From Bacteroidales bacterium (GTDB lineage: Bacteria; Bacteroidota; Bacteroidia; Bacteroidales; UBA12077), in contig JANQHR010000021.1 of assembly GCA_028282585.1 (NCBI GenBank), positions 19,905-83,904 on the forward strand: 64,000 bases of DNA, given 5' to 3'. The position numbers and the translations under genes were made by a program. This document shows positions 29,784 to 39,396 of the stretch, piece by piece (positions within the stretch are counted from its first letter, which is position 1; each line of letters opens with the position of its first letter). The notes under the pieces are model-generated. The model saw nothing but the letters and a program-made list of their open reading frames with translations, made no database searches and was not told the origin of the DNA.

Positions 29784-30770
29784 TTAAGTATTTCTATATT
29801 TTTTGTCATCAGGATTGTAAAGAAATTCTTCATTAATTATTTTGATTATTTGCTCTATTCCGTCCGAAATGGTTTTAGTTATTTTAAAACCGAGCCTATC
29901 TGAAATCTTTGAAAAATCTACTCTGTAATCTCTAGGATCTTCATCTTTTTTTACAAATTTAATTTTAGAATCTGGGAGTTGTTTTAAAATTTCGTTTACA
30001 ATCATTTTTTTCTGATAGTTTTCATTTGTATCTCCAACATTAAAAACATCAAATTCAACCTTTTCTATAGTTGCTTCTAATACATTAATAACACTATTAG
30101 CTAAATCTTCAACATGACAATAAGGCCTCCAGAATTGCTCACCAAAAATAATTAGTTCACGTTTTAAAGCTAAGTCCTTTGTGAACTCATTTACTGTAAG
30201 ATCAAATCTTACCCGGGAACTTAAACCATATACAGTTGAAAATCTTAAACAAGTAGGTTTACAATTATTTTTTTTATTTTGCTCAAGTAGAAATTCCTCT
30301 GCAGCTACTTTTGTTTTTGCATATAAAGAAACTGGAGCAAGAGGAGAATCTTCATTGACAAATTTTTCAGGATCAGACATTTTGCCATAATTTGAACATG
30401 TTGAAGCAAATATAAAACGTTCTATACCAAGCAAATTGGCTTCATTATACATCATTTTAGTCGCATCCAAGTTTGTTTGTATAGCTAATTCTGGTTCTTT
30501 GGAACAAGCAGGGTCACCAACAATAGCTGCTAAATTTATAACTGCATCAATACCCTGAAAGGCTTTTTTGACTATTTCGTTATCTCTTATATCTCCTTTT
30601 ATAAAATAAAATGAAGGATTATTTAGTAGCTCAATAATTGATTCTCCACCATAACGTAAATTATCAAGAACAGTAACTTTATATTTTTTAGATAAAAGCG
30701 TTTTTACCAGGATACTTCCTATATAACCAGCCCCGCCAGTAACTAGAATGTTTTTTATTGATTTCTTCAT
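29784..30770 (-). CDS. NAD-dependent epimerase/dehydratase (extended SDR)
   Basis: TGGAGYIG, LAAIVGDPAC, ASTCSNY, YAKTK, RFDLTVN. Confidence 0.9.
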   Translation of the reverse strand: MKKSIKNILVTGGAGYIGSILVKTLLSKKYKVTVLDNLRYGGESIIELLNNPSFYFIKGDIRDNEIVKKAFQGIDAVINLAAIVGDPACSKEPELAIQTNLDATKMMYNEANLLGIERFIFASTCSNYGKMSDPEKFVNEDSPLAPVSLYAKTKVAAEEFLLEQNKKNNCKPTCLRFSTVYGLSSRVRFDLTVNEFTKDLALKRELIIFGEQFWRPYCHVEDLANSVINVLEATIEKVEFDVFNVGDTNENYQKKMIVNEILKQLPDSKIKFVKKDEDPRDYRVDFSKISDRLGFKITKTISDGIEQIIKIINEEFLYNPDDKKYRNT

Positions 30771-33127
30771 TATTTTAATTCTTTATTATAATTATATCCA
30801 TATCCGTACCCATATCCATAATTGTATCCATAATTGTATCCATAATATTTAGAAATTTTCAAATCATTTACTAGAATGTTCATATTTTTTATTTTTTGTT
30901 CCTGTTCCAGTTTGTTGATTAGTTCAAATACCTGTTTATGGCTATACTTTTGACGTATCATAAAAATATTTGCATCACTATACTTACTTACCAGCATTGC
31001 ATCTGTAACCATTGCTAATGGGGGGGTGTCAATTATAATGTAGTCAAAATCCTTTTTACATTGCTCAAAGAATTGATTCATTTCTTGTGTTTCTATTAGT
31101 TCGGCCGGATTGGGAGGCACGGGCCCAGATGGGGCCAAGGACAAATTTTCTATATAAGTTTCTTTAATGCTATCTTTATAGTTACTTTGTTGGCTAAGAT
31201 AGTTACTAATTCCTATTTCATTAGGTATGTCAAAAATCTTATGCAAACTGGGTTTACGAAGATCTAATCCCACTAAAAGTACCTTTTTACTAGCCATTGC
31301 AATAATAACGGCTAGGTTTACGGCAGCAAATGTTTTTCCTTCACCACTTAAAGTAGATGTAATCATAATCACTTTTTGGTCTTTTTCTCGTAATATGTAT
31401 TGTAAATTTGTTCTTAAACTACGGAAAGATTCAGATAGGGCTGATTTAGGATCTATATAAACCGGGATTTCATGGTTCGAATCATTATGGCCTATTGCAC
31501 CTAATAATGGTACATTAGTATTATGTTCAACATCTTTTTTATCTTCTATTTTTGTATTCATAAAATTCGATAAAAGTATTATTGAACAAGGGATTCCCAA
31601 CCCTAATACTAAAGCGATCATATAATTTTTGGAACGTTTTGGTGTAAGCATACTAGCATTTTCAGGTATCGCATGGTCTAATATTTTATTATTAGATACG
31701 TTTGAAGCTTTGGTAATTCCTGCTTCAGCTCTTTTTTCAAGTAAAAAGGTATAAAGTCCGTTATTAAGTTTATATTCTCGCTCTATATTTACCAAATTAC
31801 GTTCACTTATTGGTAATTTGCTTATTTCTTGCTCAATTAATATTATTTTCTCTTGCAATTTTCGTTGGTTAATCTGATTAAGGTTTTTACCAACAGCCAC
31901 TTGTTCTAATATATTTATTTTGAGTGCATCTAATTCTTTTTTTAGAATTGTTTTGTTTGGTGTGGGTTCGTTTGTAACAGAATTAATACGATTAAGTTTA
32001 GAAATAGATTTATTAAAATCCTCAACAAGTTTTTCCAGGTTTAAGTTATTTATACTTAATGAGGAAGGATTAACAAGAAATTCAAAAGCTTCTTTTTGAG
32101 ATAGATAATCCAACATATAATTGTAATAATGATTATGAATTTCGTACTCCATTTTTCTATTTTCTAAATCATTTAAGTCATTTATTAAAATGGAACCTTT
32201 TTGACTTAAGTCAAATATCTGATTGTCAGAACGAAATTTTTGTAAGCGATGTTCTACTTTGTTTAAAGAATCAAGGATTACTTGTAGTTGATCATCAATA
32301 AAATCAATTGTATTTTGCGCTTGTTTGTTTTTTTGCATTAAATCTGTTTGAATATATACTTCGGAAAGTTTATTCAGATATGCTGCCATTTTAGCAGGAA
32401 CAAAACCATTAATTTTTAAGGTTAAAACAGATCCTCTTTGCTCATTAGGTTCAATTATTAACTTTCCTCTATATTTTTTCGCAAGAGTATTAACCTCGTT
32501 AAAAAAGAAATAATACTTGTTAGATAAATTATTATTAAAGTTTGTAGTATCTCTTAATTGTAATTTGAAATTAAAATTTTTATGTATAAATGACTCACCA
32601 AACTTTAATTTTTGTTTTACGCTGTATTTATCATTAATTTCTAGTATATACTCATGATTATTTAAAATTTTTATATGGATCGGATAATTATTTTTTTGTT
32701 TAAAATTACTATCAACAATCACGATAAATGGATTTGTTTGATACATTTTACTTTCTGCAATTTCTCTTCTCCCAACACTTACATAAGTGATCTCAAAATC
32801 TAACTGTTCGATAGCTTGACGTGCCATGGAATAAGATTTTAAGATTGCGATTTCATTTACAACCTCAGTACGCATCCTCCTGCGATTCATTCCTAAATCA
32901 GAAATGAGAGCATTAATACTTCCCATCTCCATTTCATTGCTTCCAATTATTACTGAAGAACTTATGGTATAAGTGGGTTCGGAATAACGATTTACCATGT
33001 AGGCAATTGTTAATGTTATGGAAAGGCAAATGACATACCAATACCAGTTGGCTAAGAATTTAAATAGGTACTTTTTAAAATCAATGGATTCTTCTTTATA
33101 TAATTTATTTTCAGTCTCGGTAAGCAT
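30770..33127 (-). CDS. wzc: Wzc polysaccharide co-polymerase / BY-kinase
   Basis: Two TMs, ESFRSLRTN, GEGKT, DLRKP, IIDTPP, C-terminal YGY tyrosine cluster. Confidence 0.95.
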   Translation of the reverse strand: MLTETENKLYKEESIDFKKYLFKFLANWYWYVICLSITLTIAYMVNRYSEPTYTISSSVIIGSNEMEMGSINALISDLGMNRRRMRTEVVNEIAILKSYSMARQAIEQLDFEITYVSVGRREIAESKMYQTNPFIVIVDSNFKQKNNYPIHIKILNNHEYILEINDKYSVKQKLKFGESFIHKNFNFKLQLRDTTNFNNNLSNKYYFFFNEVNTLAKKYRGKLIIEPNEQRGSVLTLKINGFVPAKMAAYLNKLSEVYIQTDLMQKNKQAQNTIDFIDDQLQVILDSLNKVEHRLQKFRSDNQIFDLSQKGSILINDLNDLENRKMEYEIHNHYYNYMLDYLSQKEAFEFLVNPSSLSINNLNLEKLVEDFNKSISKLNRINSVTNEPTPNKTILKKELDALKINILEQVAVGKNLNQINQRKLQEKIILIEQEISKLPISERNLVNIEREYKLNNGLYTFLLEKRAEAGITKASNVSNNKILDHAIPENASMLTPKRSKNYMIALVLGLGIPCSIILLSNFMNTKIEDKKDVEHNTNVPLLGAIGHNDSNHEIPVYIDPKSALSESFRSLRTNLQYILREKDQKVIMITSTLSGEGKTFAAVNLAVIIAMASKKVLLVGLDLRKPSLHKIFDIPNEIGISNYLSQQSNYKDSIKETYIENLSLAPSGPVPPNPAELIETQEMNQFFEQCKKDFDYIIIDTPPLAMVTDAMLVSKYSDANIFMIRQKYSHKQVFELINKLEQEQKIKNMNILVNDLKISKYYGYNYGYNYGYGYGYGYNYNKELK

Positions 33128-33181
33128 TTTTAGTTGATTTTATGCATATATTTAGGGTTGTCACGTTTTAACTTCTTTTAA

Positions 33182-33964
33182 TTATTGAATAATGGTTAAT
33201 ATCAGGGCTAATGCTGTTAGTGTAGATGAAATCGCGCTAATCACAAAAACATAATCGGAAGCTTGTTCTCTAAAAAGTGCGGAATTTAATGGTTCTACAT
33301 AAATAATATCGTTGGGCATGATATAATATAGATTGGAAGCTACAATATTACCTTTGGCAAGGTTTATTCTGTATGATTGCGTTCCTTTTTCAGTTTGCCT
33401 TAATAAGAGTATCTTTTTTCGATTTCCATTATAAGTAATATCGCCTGCATAAGCTAAGGCTTCCATTATATTTACCTGGTTGGCTGTAACTTGCTTTACA
33501 CCGGGAGATGAAACCTCTCCAAGCACAGTAAATTTAAAATTAGCCAGTTTAACTATTACCTGAGGATTTTTTAGAAACTTAAAAGCCCTTTGCTTAATTG
33601 AATCTTGCAATAGATCTATATTTAGGCCGGATACATGGACTTTTTCTAATAACGGCATTTCAATATATCCTGAATCACTAACCAAATATCCTGTATAGAA
33701 CAAACTCTCTGGTCGAAGGTTTTGTGATGAGCTAGCTGACATCAACGGATTAAACAATTGATTAATTTCCTGGTTTTCAGTTATGATGTGTACATAAAGT
33801 AGATCGCCTGCTTGTATTTTATATCCGGGTTTGTTCTTTTCAAAGATGTTTTGATCTTCGGTTATTTCAATATCTTGTAAATAAGTTAGTTTTTCGTAGG
33901 AGTTGCAGGATGCTAAAAGCAAAGAAATCGCTATTATTATTGGGTGCTTTAGAATTGGTTTCAT
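33182..33964 (-). CDS. wza: Wza polysaccharide export lipoprotein
   Basis: LASC lipobox, YKIQAGD, VLGEVSSPG, EALAYAGD, PNDIIYVEP. Confidence 0.92.
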   Translation of the reverse strand: MKPILKHPIIIAISLLLASCNSYEKLTYLQDIEITEDQNIFEKNKPGYKIQAGDLLYVHIITENQEINQLFNPLMSASSSQNLRPESLFYTGYLVSDSGYIEMPLLEKVHVSGLNIDLLQDSIKQRAFKFLKNPQVIVKLANFKFTVLGEVSSPGVKQVTANQVNIMEALAYAGDITYNGNRKKILLLRQTEKGTQSYRINLAKGNIVASNLYYIMPNDIIYVEPLNSALFREQASDYVFVISAISSTLTALALILTIIQ

Positions 33965-34093
33965 TCTTATAATTTTTAAACTTCAAGCTACATGTCGAAA
34001 GTTATAATATTTTATCCATATCCTAAATTCCCTTTTCCAAGGGGAAAACAGTTTTTATTGATCGTTGATTATTGTAGATTGGATCTGGATTTA

Positions 34094-34132
34094 GAGACAG
34101 CTCCGCTTCCTCAGTCACAATTAGTTGTGGCC
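34094..34132 (-). promoter_or_regulatory. Candidate pause hairpin plus ops-like UpxY recruitment site
   Basis: Minus strand GGCCACAA-CTAA-TTGTGACT hairpin followed by GAGGAAGCGGAGCTGTCTC, a GC-rich island in the AT-rich wza leader resembling ops GGCGGTAGCGTG. Confidence 0.55.
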
Positions 34133-34167
34133 AAATAAGCATAAAAAATGTATTGAAACGTTGTAAT

Positions 34168-34175
34168 CAAATATA
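34168..34175 (-). promoter_or_regulatory. Candidate -7 element (TATATTTG) for the wza-wzc operon
   Basis: TAnnTTTG immediately after the upxY stop; no clear -33. Confidence 0.45.
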
Positions 34176-34176
34176 C

Positions 34177-34671
34177 TTAATCCTTCTTTAAAAAAGAAGG
34201 ATTTAAGCGCACTAAAATATTCTGATTAATTGATTCTATTCTTATTAGTACCTTATATTTATTTAAATGGTATATTAACTCACCAAATAAACCTTTTAAA
34301 CTACCTCTTATAACTTCCACTTTTTCGCCAGGCTCGAAATGGCCTGCGCTTAACTCGTATTCTTCTTCACTTGATAATATGGACTCTATCATTTTTATAT
34401 GTTCTTCTCTAACAGAAGCAGGTTTCCCTCCAAAACGAATAACAGTTACTACGCCTGGTGTATTTAATGCTTTTTGTAATTCAGATTCTTCAACATGTAT
34501 GAATATATATGACCGAATAAAAGGTTCTTCAACCCATTTTTTTCGGTCGCTCCATAGTTTGAGTTTTTTTTCCAAGGGCAAATAGCAACAAATGCTTTTA
34601 TCTATAAGTGCTTGATGTACTTTTTTTTCAGCCCTTGATTTAGTATAAAGTGCAAACCATTTTTTGGACAT
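34177..34671 (-). CDS. upxY: UpxY-family (NusG paralogue) antiterminator; start moved to ATG 34671
   Basis: WFALYTKSRAEKKV, WSDRKKWVEEP, KOW PGEKVEVIRGSLKG; a TATTTTTG -7 box at 34707-34700 lies inside the longer called ORF. Confidence 0.93.
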   Translation of the reverse strand: MSKKWFALYTKSRAEKKVHQALIDKSICCYLPLEKKLKLWSDRKKWVEEPFIRSYIFIHVEESELQKALNTPGVVTVIRFGGKPASVREEHIKMIESILSSEEEYELSAGHFEPGEKVEVIRGSLKGLFGELIYHLNKYKVLIRIESINQNILVRLNPSFLKKD

Positions 34672-34708
34672 GATAAATCTATGTTCCCAATCTATGGGGC
34701 AAAAATAG

Positions 34709-34736
34709 CAATTAACATTTAACAATTAACAATAAA
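34709..34736. repeat. 4x 7-bp tandem repeat CAwTwAA upstream of the upxY promoter
   Basis: caattaa catttaa caattaa caataaa. Confidence 0.6.
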
Positions 34737-34786
34737 TGGGAATTTATCTATTTAAATATTACTAATAAATTTTTATTAAATGAAAC

Positions 34787-34820
34787 AATACAGCCTTGCT
34801 CAAAAGAGCAAGGCTGTATT
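34787..34820 (-). terminator. Intrinsic terminator downstream of metK
   Basis: Perfect 15-bp stem aatacagccttgctc-aaaa-gagcaaggctgtatt. Confidence 0.85.
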
Positions 34821-34847
34821 TATTATATTTATTGCTTTTAGGCTTAG

Positions 34848-36113
34848 TTATATATTAAAACTAGTTCTAATTTTTTCAACATAGTCTAACTTTTCCCATG
34901 CAAAAAAATCTACTTCTTTTTCAAAGGTTTTTTCTTCATAGCCATTACCGTTTTCAATAATTTGAACTTTGCCGGTTTTAAAATCACGGCCCATATGACC
35001 ATAAGCTGCTGTTTCTTCAAAGATTGGGTTCTTTAATCCAAAGCGTTTCACAATTGCTGCAGGCCGCATGTCAAATATTTCATTGATTTTTTCTGCAATT
35101 GCCCCATCTGTAATATCAATATTTGCAGTTCCATATGTGTTAACATATAATCCTACCGGTTCTGCTACTCCAATTGCATAAGCTACTTGGACTAATACTT
35201 CATCAGCAATTCCGGCAGCCACAATGTTTTTTGCTATATGACGGGCCGCATATGCTGCGGAGCGGTCAACTTTCGAAGAATCTTTACCAGAAAAAGCACC
35301 TCCACCATGAGCTCCTTTACCTCCGTATGTATCAACAATAATTTTACGTCCGGTTAGCCCCGTATCTCCATGAGGCCCTCCAATTACAAATTTACCTGTT
35401 GGATTAACATGAAGAATGTAATCATCCGTAAATAATTTTTGGACTCTTTCCGGGAAACGTGATTTTGCTCTTGGTATAAGTATATTTCTAACGTCATTTT
35501 TGATTTTTTCAAGCATTGCTTTTTCTTCATCGAAATCATCGTGTTGCGTAGAAACAACTATTGTATGAACTTTTACAGGCTCATTGTTGTCGTTATACTC
35601 AATAGTAACCTGAGACTTTGAATCCGGACGAAGATATGTCATTTCCTTTTTTTCTCTTCTAATTTTAGCAAGTTCTTGTAATAAAACATGCGATAAAACT
35701 AGAGCCAAAGGCATGTAGTCATCAGTTTCTTTGTTTGCATAGCCAAACATCATTCCCTGATCACCTGCACCTTGATCTTCTTCTTTTTCTCGTACAACTC
35801 CCTGATTAATGTCCGGAGATTGTTCGTGAATGGTAGAAATAACACCGCAGGATTCTGAATCAAATCGATACTCTTGCTTGGTATAACCAATTCGTTTAAT
35901 AACTCTTCGGGCAATTTCCTGAACATCAACATATGCTTTTGTGCGAACTTCGCCACTTAATACAACTAAACCAGTAGTTACAAGAGTTTCACAAGCAACC
36001 TTTGATTCAGGATCACGACGTAAAAATTCATCTAATAAAGCATCCGAAATTTGATCAGAAACTTTGTCAGGATGTCCTTCAGAGACAGATTCAGATGTGA
36101 ATAAATATCCCAT
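34848..36113 (-). CDS. metK: S-adenosylmethionine synthetase
   Basis: [40 protein letters not shown]. Confidence 0.99.
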   Translation of the reverse strand: MGYLFTSESVSEGHPDKVSDQISDALLDEFLRRDPESKVACETLVTTGLVVLSGEVRTKAYVDVQEIARRVIKRIGYTKQEYRFDSESCGVISTIHEQSPDINQGVVREKEEDQGAGDQGMMFGYANKETDDYMPLALVLSHVLLQELAKIRREKKEMTYLRPDSKSQVTIEYNDNNEPVKVHTIVVSTQHDDFDEEKAMLEKIKNDVRNILIPRAKSRFPERVQKLFTDDYILHVNPTGKFVIGGPHGDTGLTGRKIIVDTYGGKGAHGGGAFSGKDSSKVDRSAAYAARHIAKNIVAAGIADEVLVQVAYAIGVAEPVGLYVNTYGTANIDITDGAIAEKINEIFDMRPAAIVKRFGLKNPIFEETAAYGHMGRDFKTGKVQIIENGNGYEEKTFEKEVDFFAWEKLDYVEKIRTSFNI

Positions 36114-36233
36114 AATTAAAATTATTTATAAAGGTTAAAAAATAAGAAAAATCAAAAATAGTCATTTATATTAAAATATTAAGAATGAAAATTCTTAATA
36201 AAATAATATTAATCTTTTTTTTAATATAAAAAG

Positions 36234-37145
36234 TTATTTAGTTAATTCCTGAAAAACTTCCTCAAGACTTTTTTCCTTTTTCTGCATGGATAATACAGCT
36301 AATCCAGTATCTACAGCAAACTTAAAAATGTCTTGGCGAATATCCTTTCGTGATGAGCTTTCAATTAGCCAATTTTTATCATCAATCTTGGCAACTTTTT
36401 CTACGAGTTCTATTTTTTCCAATTCTTGTTGTTGAGGTTCTGTATCAAATTCTACAATTACTGTTATATGGTCTTCTTTTTTTAGAGAAGTAATTGAATC
36501 AATAGAGTCGTCAGCAACGATCTTACCTTTATTAATAATAATGATTCTGTCACAGATAGCTTCAACCTCTTGCATAATATGCGTTGAAAGCATAACTGTT
36601 TTTTCTTTTCCTACTTCGGAAATTAAGTTTCGAATTTCAATGATCTGGTTGGGATCTAACCCGGAAGTCGGCTCATCAAGAATCAGAATAGAAGGGTCAT
36701 GAATTAGTGCCTGGGCTAAACCAACCCTTTGCCGGTAACCTTTAGAAAGAGCTCCGATTTTCTTTTTTCTTTCATCTGTCAAACCGGTTTGTTCGATGAT
36801 TTCTTCAATCCTAAACCGAGCCTTAGATCCCAATTTGTAAATTCCAGCTATAAATTCAAGGTATTCCTTAACATACATTTCCAGGTATAAGGGATTATGC
36901 TCAGGTAAATAACCAATATGTTTTCTAATCTCAAGAGAATGGTCAAATAAATTCAATTTGTTGATATTTGCTTCTCCTGAAGTTGGTGGTATAAAGCCAG
37001 TAAGGATTTTCATAGTAGTTGATTTACCAGCCCCATTAGGACCAACAAATCCAACAATTTCGCCGGTTTTTATTTCAAAACTTATGGAGTCAAGGGCTTT
37101 TTGTTCACCATATACCTTGGTTAAGTTTGCTACATGTATAGACAT
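36234..37145 (-). CDS. gldA: Gliding-motility-associated ABC ATPase GldA-like
   Basis: GPNGAGKST, GYLPEHNPLY, LSKGYRQRVGLAQA, LSTHIMQEVEAICDR, LEEVFQELT. Confidence 0.85.
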   Translation of the reverse strand: MSIHVANLTKVYGEQKALDSISFEIKTGEIVGFVGPNGAGKSTTMKILTGFIPPTSGEANINKLNLFDHSLEIRKHIGYLPEHNPLYLEMYVKEYLEFIAGIYKLGSKARFRIEEIIEQTGLTDERKKKIGALSKGYRQRVGLAQALIHDPSILILDEPTSGLDPNQIIEIRNLISEVGKEKTVMLSTHIMQEVEAICDRIIIINKGKIVADDSIDSITSLKKEDHITVIVEFDTEPQQQELEKIELVEKVAKIDDKNWLIESSSRKDIRQDIFKFAVDTGLAVLSMQKKEKSLEEVFQELTK

Positions 37146-37194
37146 ATTATAAATGGGTGGTTTATTAATTTTACGAAAATAGATATTTTTTTTT

Positions 37195-37273
37195 AAAGCT
37201 GCGAGCTATAAACCAATAGCTTTGAGCAATGTGTATTTAGCTTGTGGCTCGAAGCAGAAAGCTCATGGCTTTT
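37195..37273. repeat. 7-nt-periodic imperfect palindrome (RGC heptads)
   Basis: RGC/AAC cores at exact 7-nt phase from 37197 to 37267; arms are mutually complementary. Confidence 0.8.
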
Positions 37274-37276
37274 TAT

Positions 37277-37284
37277 TACTTTTG
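37277..37284 (+). promoter_or_regulatory. -7 element TACTTTTG for ispG
   Basis: TAnnTTTG 20 nt upstream of the ATG. Confidence 0.55.
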
Positions 37285-37304
37285 TTCCATTATCAGTCTA
37301 AAAA

Positions 37305-39164
37305 ATGAAATACGAAGATATTATCAATTTATTTAAATATAAACGACTAAAAACTAGAGAAGTTAAGGTTGGAGATCTTAAAATAGGAGGAGAAAATCCT
37401 ATTCGTGTTCAATCTATGACAAGTACGAATACATTAAATACCGAAGAAACATTTGAACAGTCGCTTAAAATTATCAAAGCAGGAGGTGAATTAGTCAGAA
37501 TTACAGCACAAGCTGTAATAGAGGCAGAAAACCTAAAAAAAATAAAAGAAAAAATAAGAAGTGAAGGATTTAAAACACCCTTAGCTGCTGATATTCATTT
37601 TAATCCTAAAGCTGCTTTTGCAGCAGCAACATTAGTAGAAAAAGTAAGAATAAATCCGGGAAATTTTGTTGATAAAAGAGCGAAATTTATTAAAGCAGAA
37701 TTTACAGAAGAAGAATATATTGACGAATTAAAAAAAATTGAAGAAAAGCTAATCCCTCTCCTAGATATATGCAATGAGAAAAATACGGCACTTCGTATTG
37801 GAGTGAATCACGGTTCATTGTCTGGTAGAATAATGAGTCGATATGGTGATACTCCCAAAGGAATGGTTGAATCTGCAATGGAATTTCTTCGAATATGTAT
37901 TCAGGAAAACTTTTATAATGTTTTAGTTTCTCTCAAATCAAGCAATACAAGAATAATGGTACAGGCTAATCGCTTGATGCTATCAAAAATGATAGAAGAA
38001 AACATGAACTTCCCCTTTCATTTAGGTGTAACAGAAGCGGGTGAAGGAGAAGACGGTAGAATAAAATCAGCAGTTGGAATTGGAGCCTTACTGGCTGATG
38101 GTATTGGCGACACAATTCGTATTTCATTAACAGAACCACCCGAAGACGAAATTCCAGTTGCCAGAAAATTGGTAAACTATTTTTCTAAAAGAGACAATCA
38201 TAAGGAAGTTAAATTAGATGAAAATATTCCGTTAGATTTTTTTGATTATAAAAAATGGAAAACAAATAAGGTATTTAATATTGGTGGTGATTCTATGCCT
38301 GTAGTAATATCAGGTATGGAAAGGAAAAATGATTTAATGCCGGAATTTATTTATTTAAAAGATAAATTTATCATTGACTCATCAAATAAAAACTCTAATT
38401 ATATTTTAGATGCAGAGGCTTGGGACCAACATATTTTTTATGGAGACAACGTTTTTCCTTTGTTTAATTCAATAAATGATTTCTATTTGTCTGAAAATCA
38501 ATCAAAAAATCTTAATTTTTTGCAGATAAGATGTCCTGAGATCAATGAAGAAAACCTTCTGAAAATCAAAAATCAAAAAAAATTAGTCCTGATCCTAAAA
38601 ACAACCAATAAAAATGGATTTGCCGACCAGCGAGCAGCTTTTATAAGATTAATAAATGCCGATTGTCGATTGCCGGTTATTATAAAAAGAGAGTACAAAG
38701 AAAACGGATTAGAAAACTTACAGTTAAAGTCAGCATGTGATATAGGAGGACTATTTTTAGATGGTTTAGGAGATGGGATATGGATACATAATACAGGAAG
38801 CATCGACGAAAAAGAAATTATTAACACTTCATTTGGAATATTACAAGCAAGCAGGGTACGCGTAACAAAAACAGAGTATATTTCTTGTCCTGGTTGTGGT
38901 AGAACTCTTTTTAATTTACACGAAACCACTCAAAAAATAAGAGCGAAAACATCTCATCTTAAACATTTAAAGATTGGAATCATGGGGTGTATTGTAAATG
39001 GGCCGGGGGAAATGGCTGATGCAGATTATGGTTATGTAGGAGCAGGGCCAGGAAAAATTACACTATATAAAAATAAAGAAATTGTAAAGAAAAATGTCTC
39101 GGAAGAAAATGCTGTTGAAGAACTGATACAATTAATTAAAGATTCAGGAGATTGGACAGAATAA
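37305..39164 (+). CDS. ispG: HMBPP synthase IspG, long Bacteroidota form
   Basis: IRVQSMT, ADIHF, RINPGN, RIGVNHGSL, HLGVTEAG, SCPGCGRT, MGCIVNGPGE. Confidence 0.98.
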   Translation: MKYEDIINLFKYKRLKTREVKVGDLKIGGENPIRVQSMTSTNTLNTEETFEQSLKIIKAGGELVRITAQAVIEAENLKKIKEKIRSEGFKTPLAADIHFNPKAAFAAATLVEKVRINPGNFVDKRAKFIKAEFTEEEYIDELKKIEEKLIPLLDICNEKNTALRIGVNHGSLSGRIMSRYGDTPKGMVESAMEFLRICIQENFYNVLVSLKSSNTRIMVQANRLMLSKMIEENMNFPFHLGVTEAGEGEDGRIKSAVGIGALLADGIGDTIRISLTEPPEDEIPVARKLVNYFSKRDNHKEVKLDENIPLDFFDYKKWKTNKVFNIGGDSMPVVISGMERKNDLMPEFIYLKDKFIIDSSNKNSNYILDAEAWDQHIFYGDNVFPLFNSINDFYLSENQSKNLNFLQIRCPEINEENLLKIKNQKKLVLILKTTNKNGFADQRAAFIRLINADCRLPVIIKREYKENGLENLQLKSACDIGGLFLDGLGDGIWIHNTGSIDEKEIINTSFGILQASRVRVTKTEYISCPGCGRTLFNLHETTQKIRAKTSHLKHLKIGIMGCIVNGPGEMADADYGYVGAGPGKITLYKNKEIVKKNVSEENAVEELIQLIKDSGDWTE

Positions 39165-39396
39165 ATCTTTTTAATCTAAAGTCTAAAACTTTTCATTCAA
39201 CTTATATTCAGAAACTTATTTAACCAAAAGAATTTTCACTTTTTTGTGGGGTTTTTTATATTGCTCATTTACAGTAATAAAAATTAGTATTATTTAAAGT
39301 AATAATAAACGAAATGCGGATGCGATTTTGTGGATTTAAGAAAATAACATATTATTGCCTGCGTTTGCATTTAAATAACTTTTTAAACTAAACCAG

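Noticed and set aside
30783-30850. Short tandem DNA repeats at the end of wzc
   Set aside because: They encode the normal BY-kinase tyrosine cluster.
34028-34046. Hairpin in the wza leader as an UpxY-bypassed terminator
   Set aside because: The stem is weak on the transcribed strand and the U-tract is poor.
36114-36233. SAM riboswitch upstream of metK
   Set aside because: The region is almost pure A/T with no SAM-I or SAM-II core.
37305-39164. Unusually long IspG
   Set aside because: The insertion-domain form is already known in Bacteroidota.
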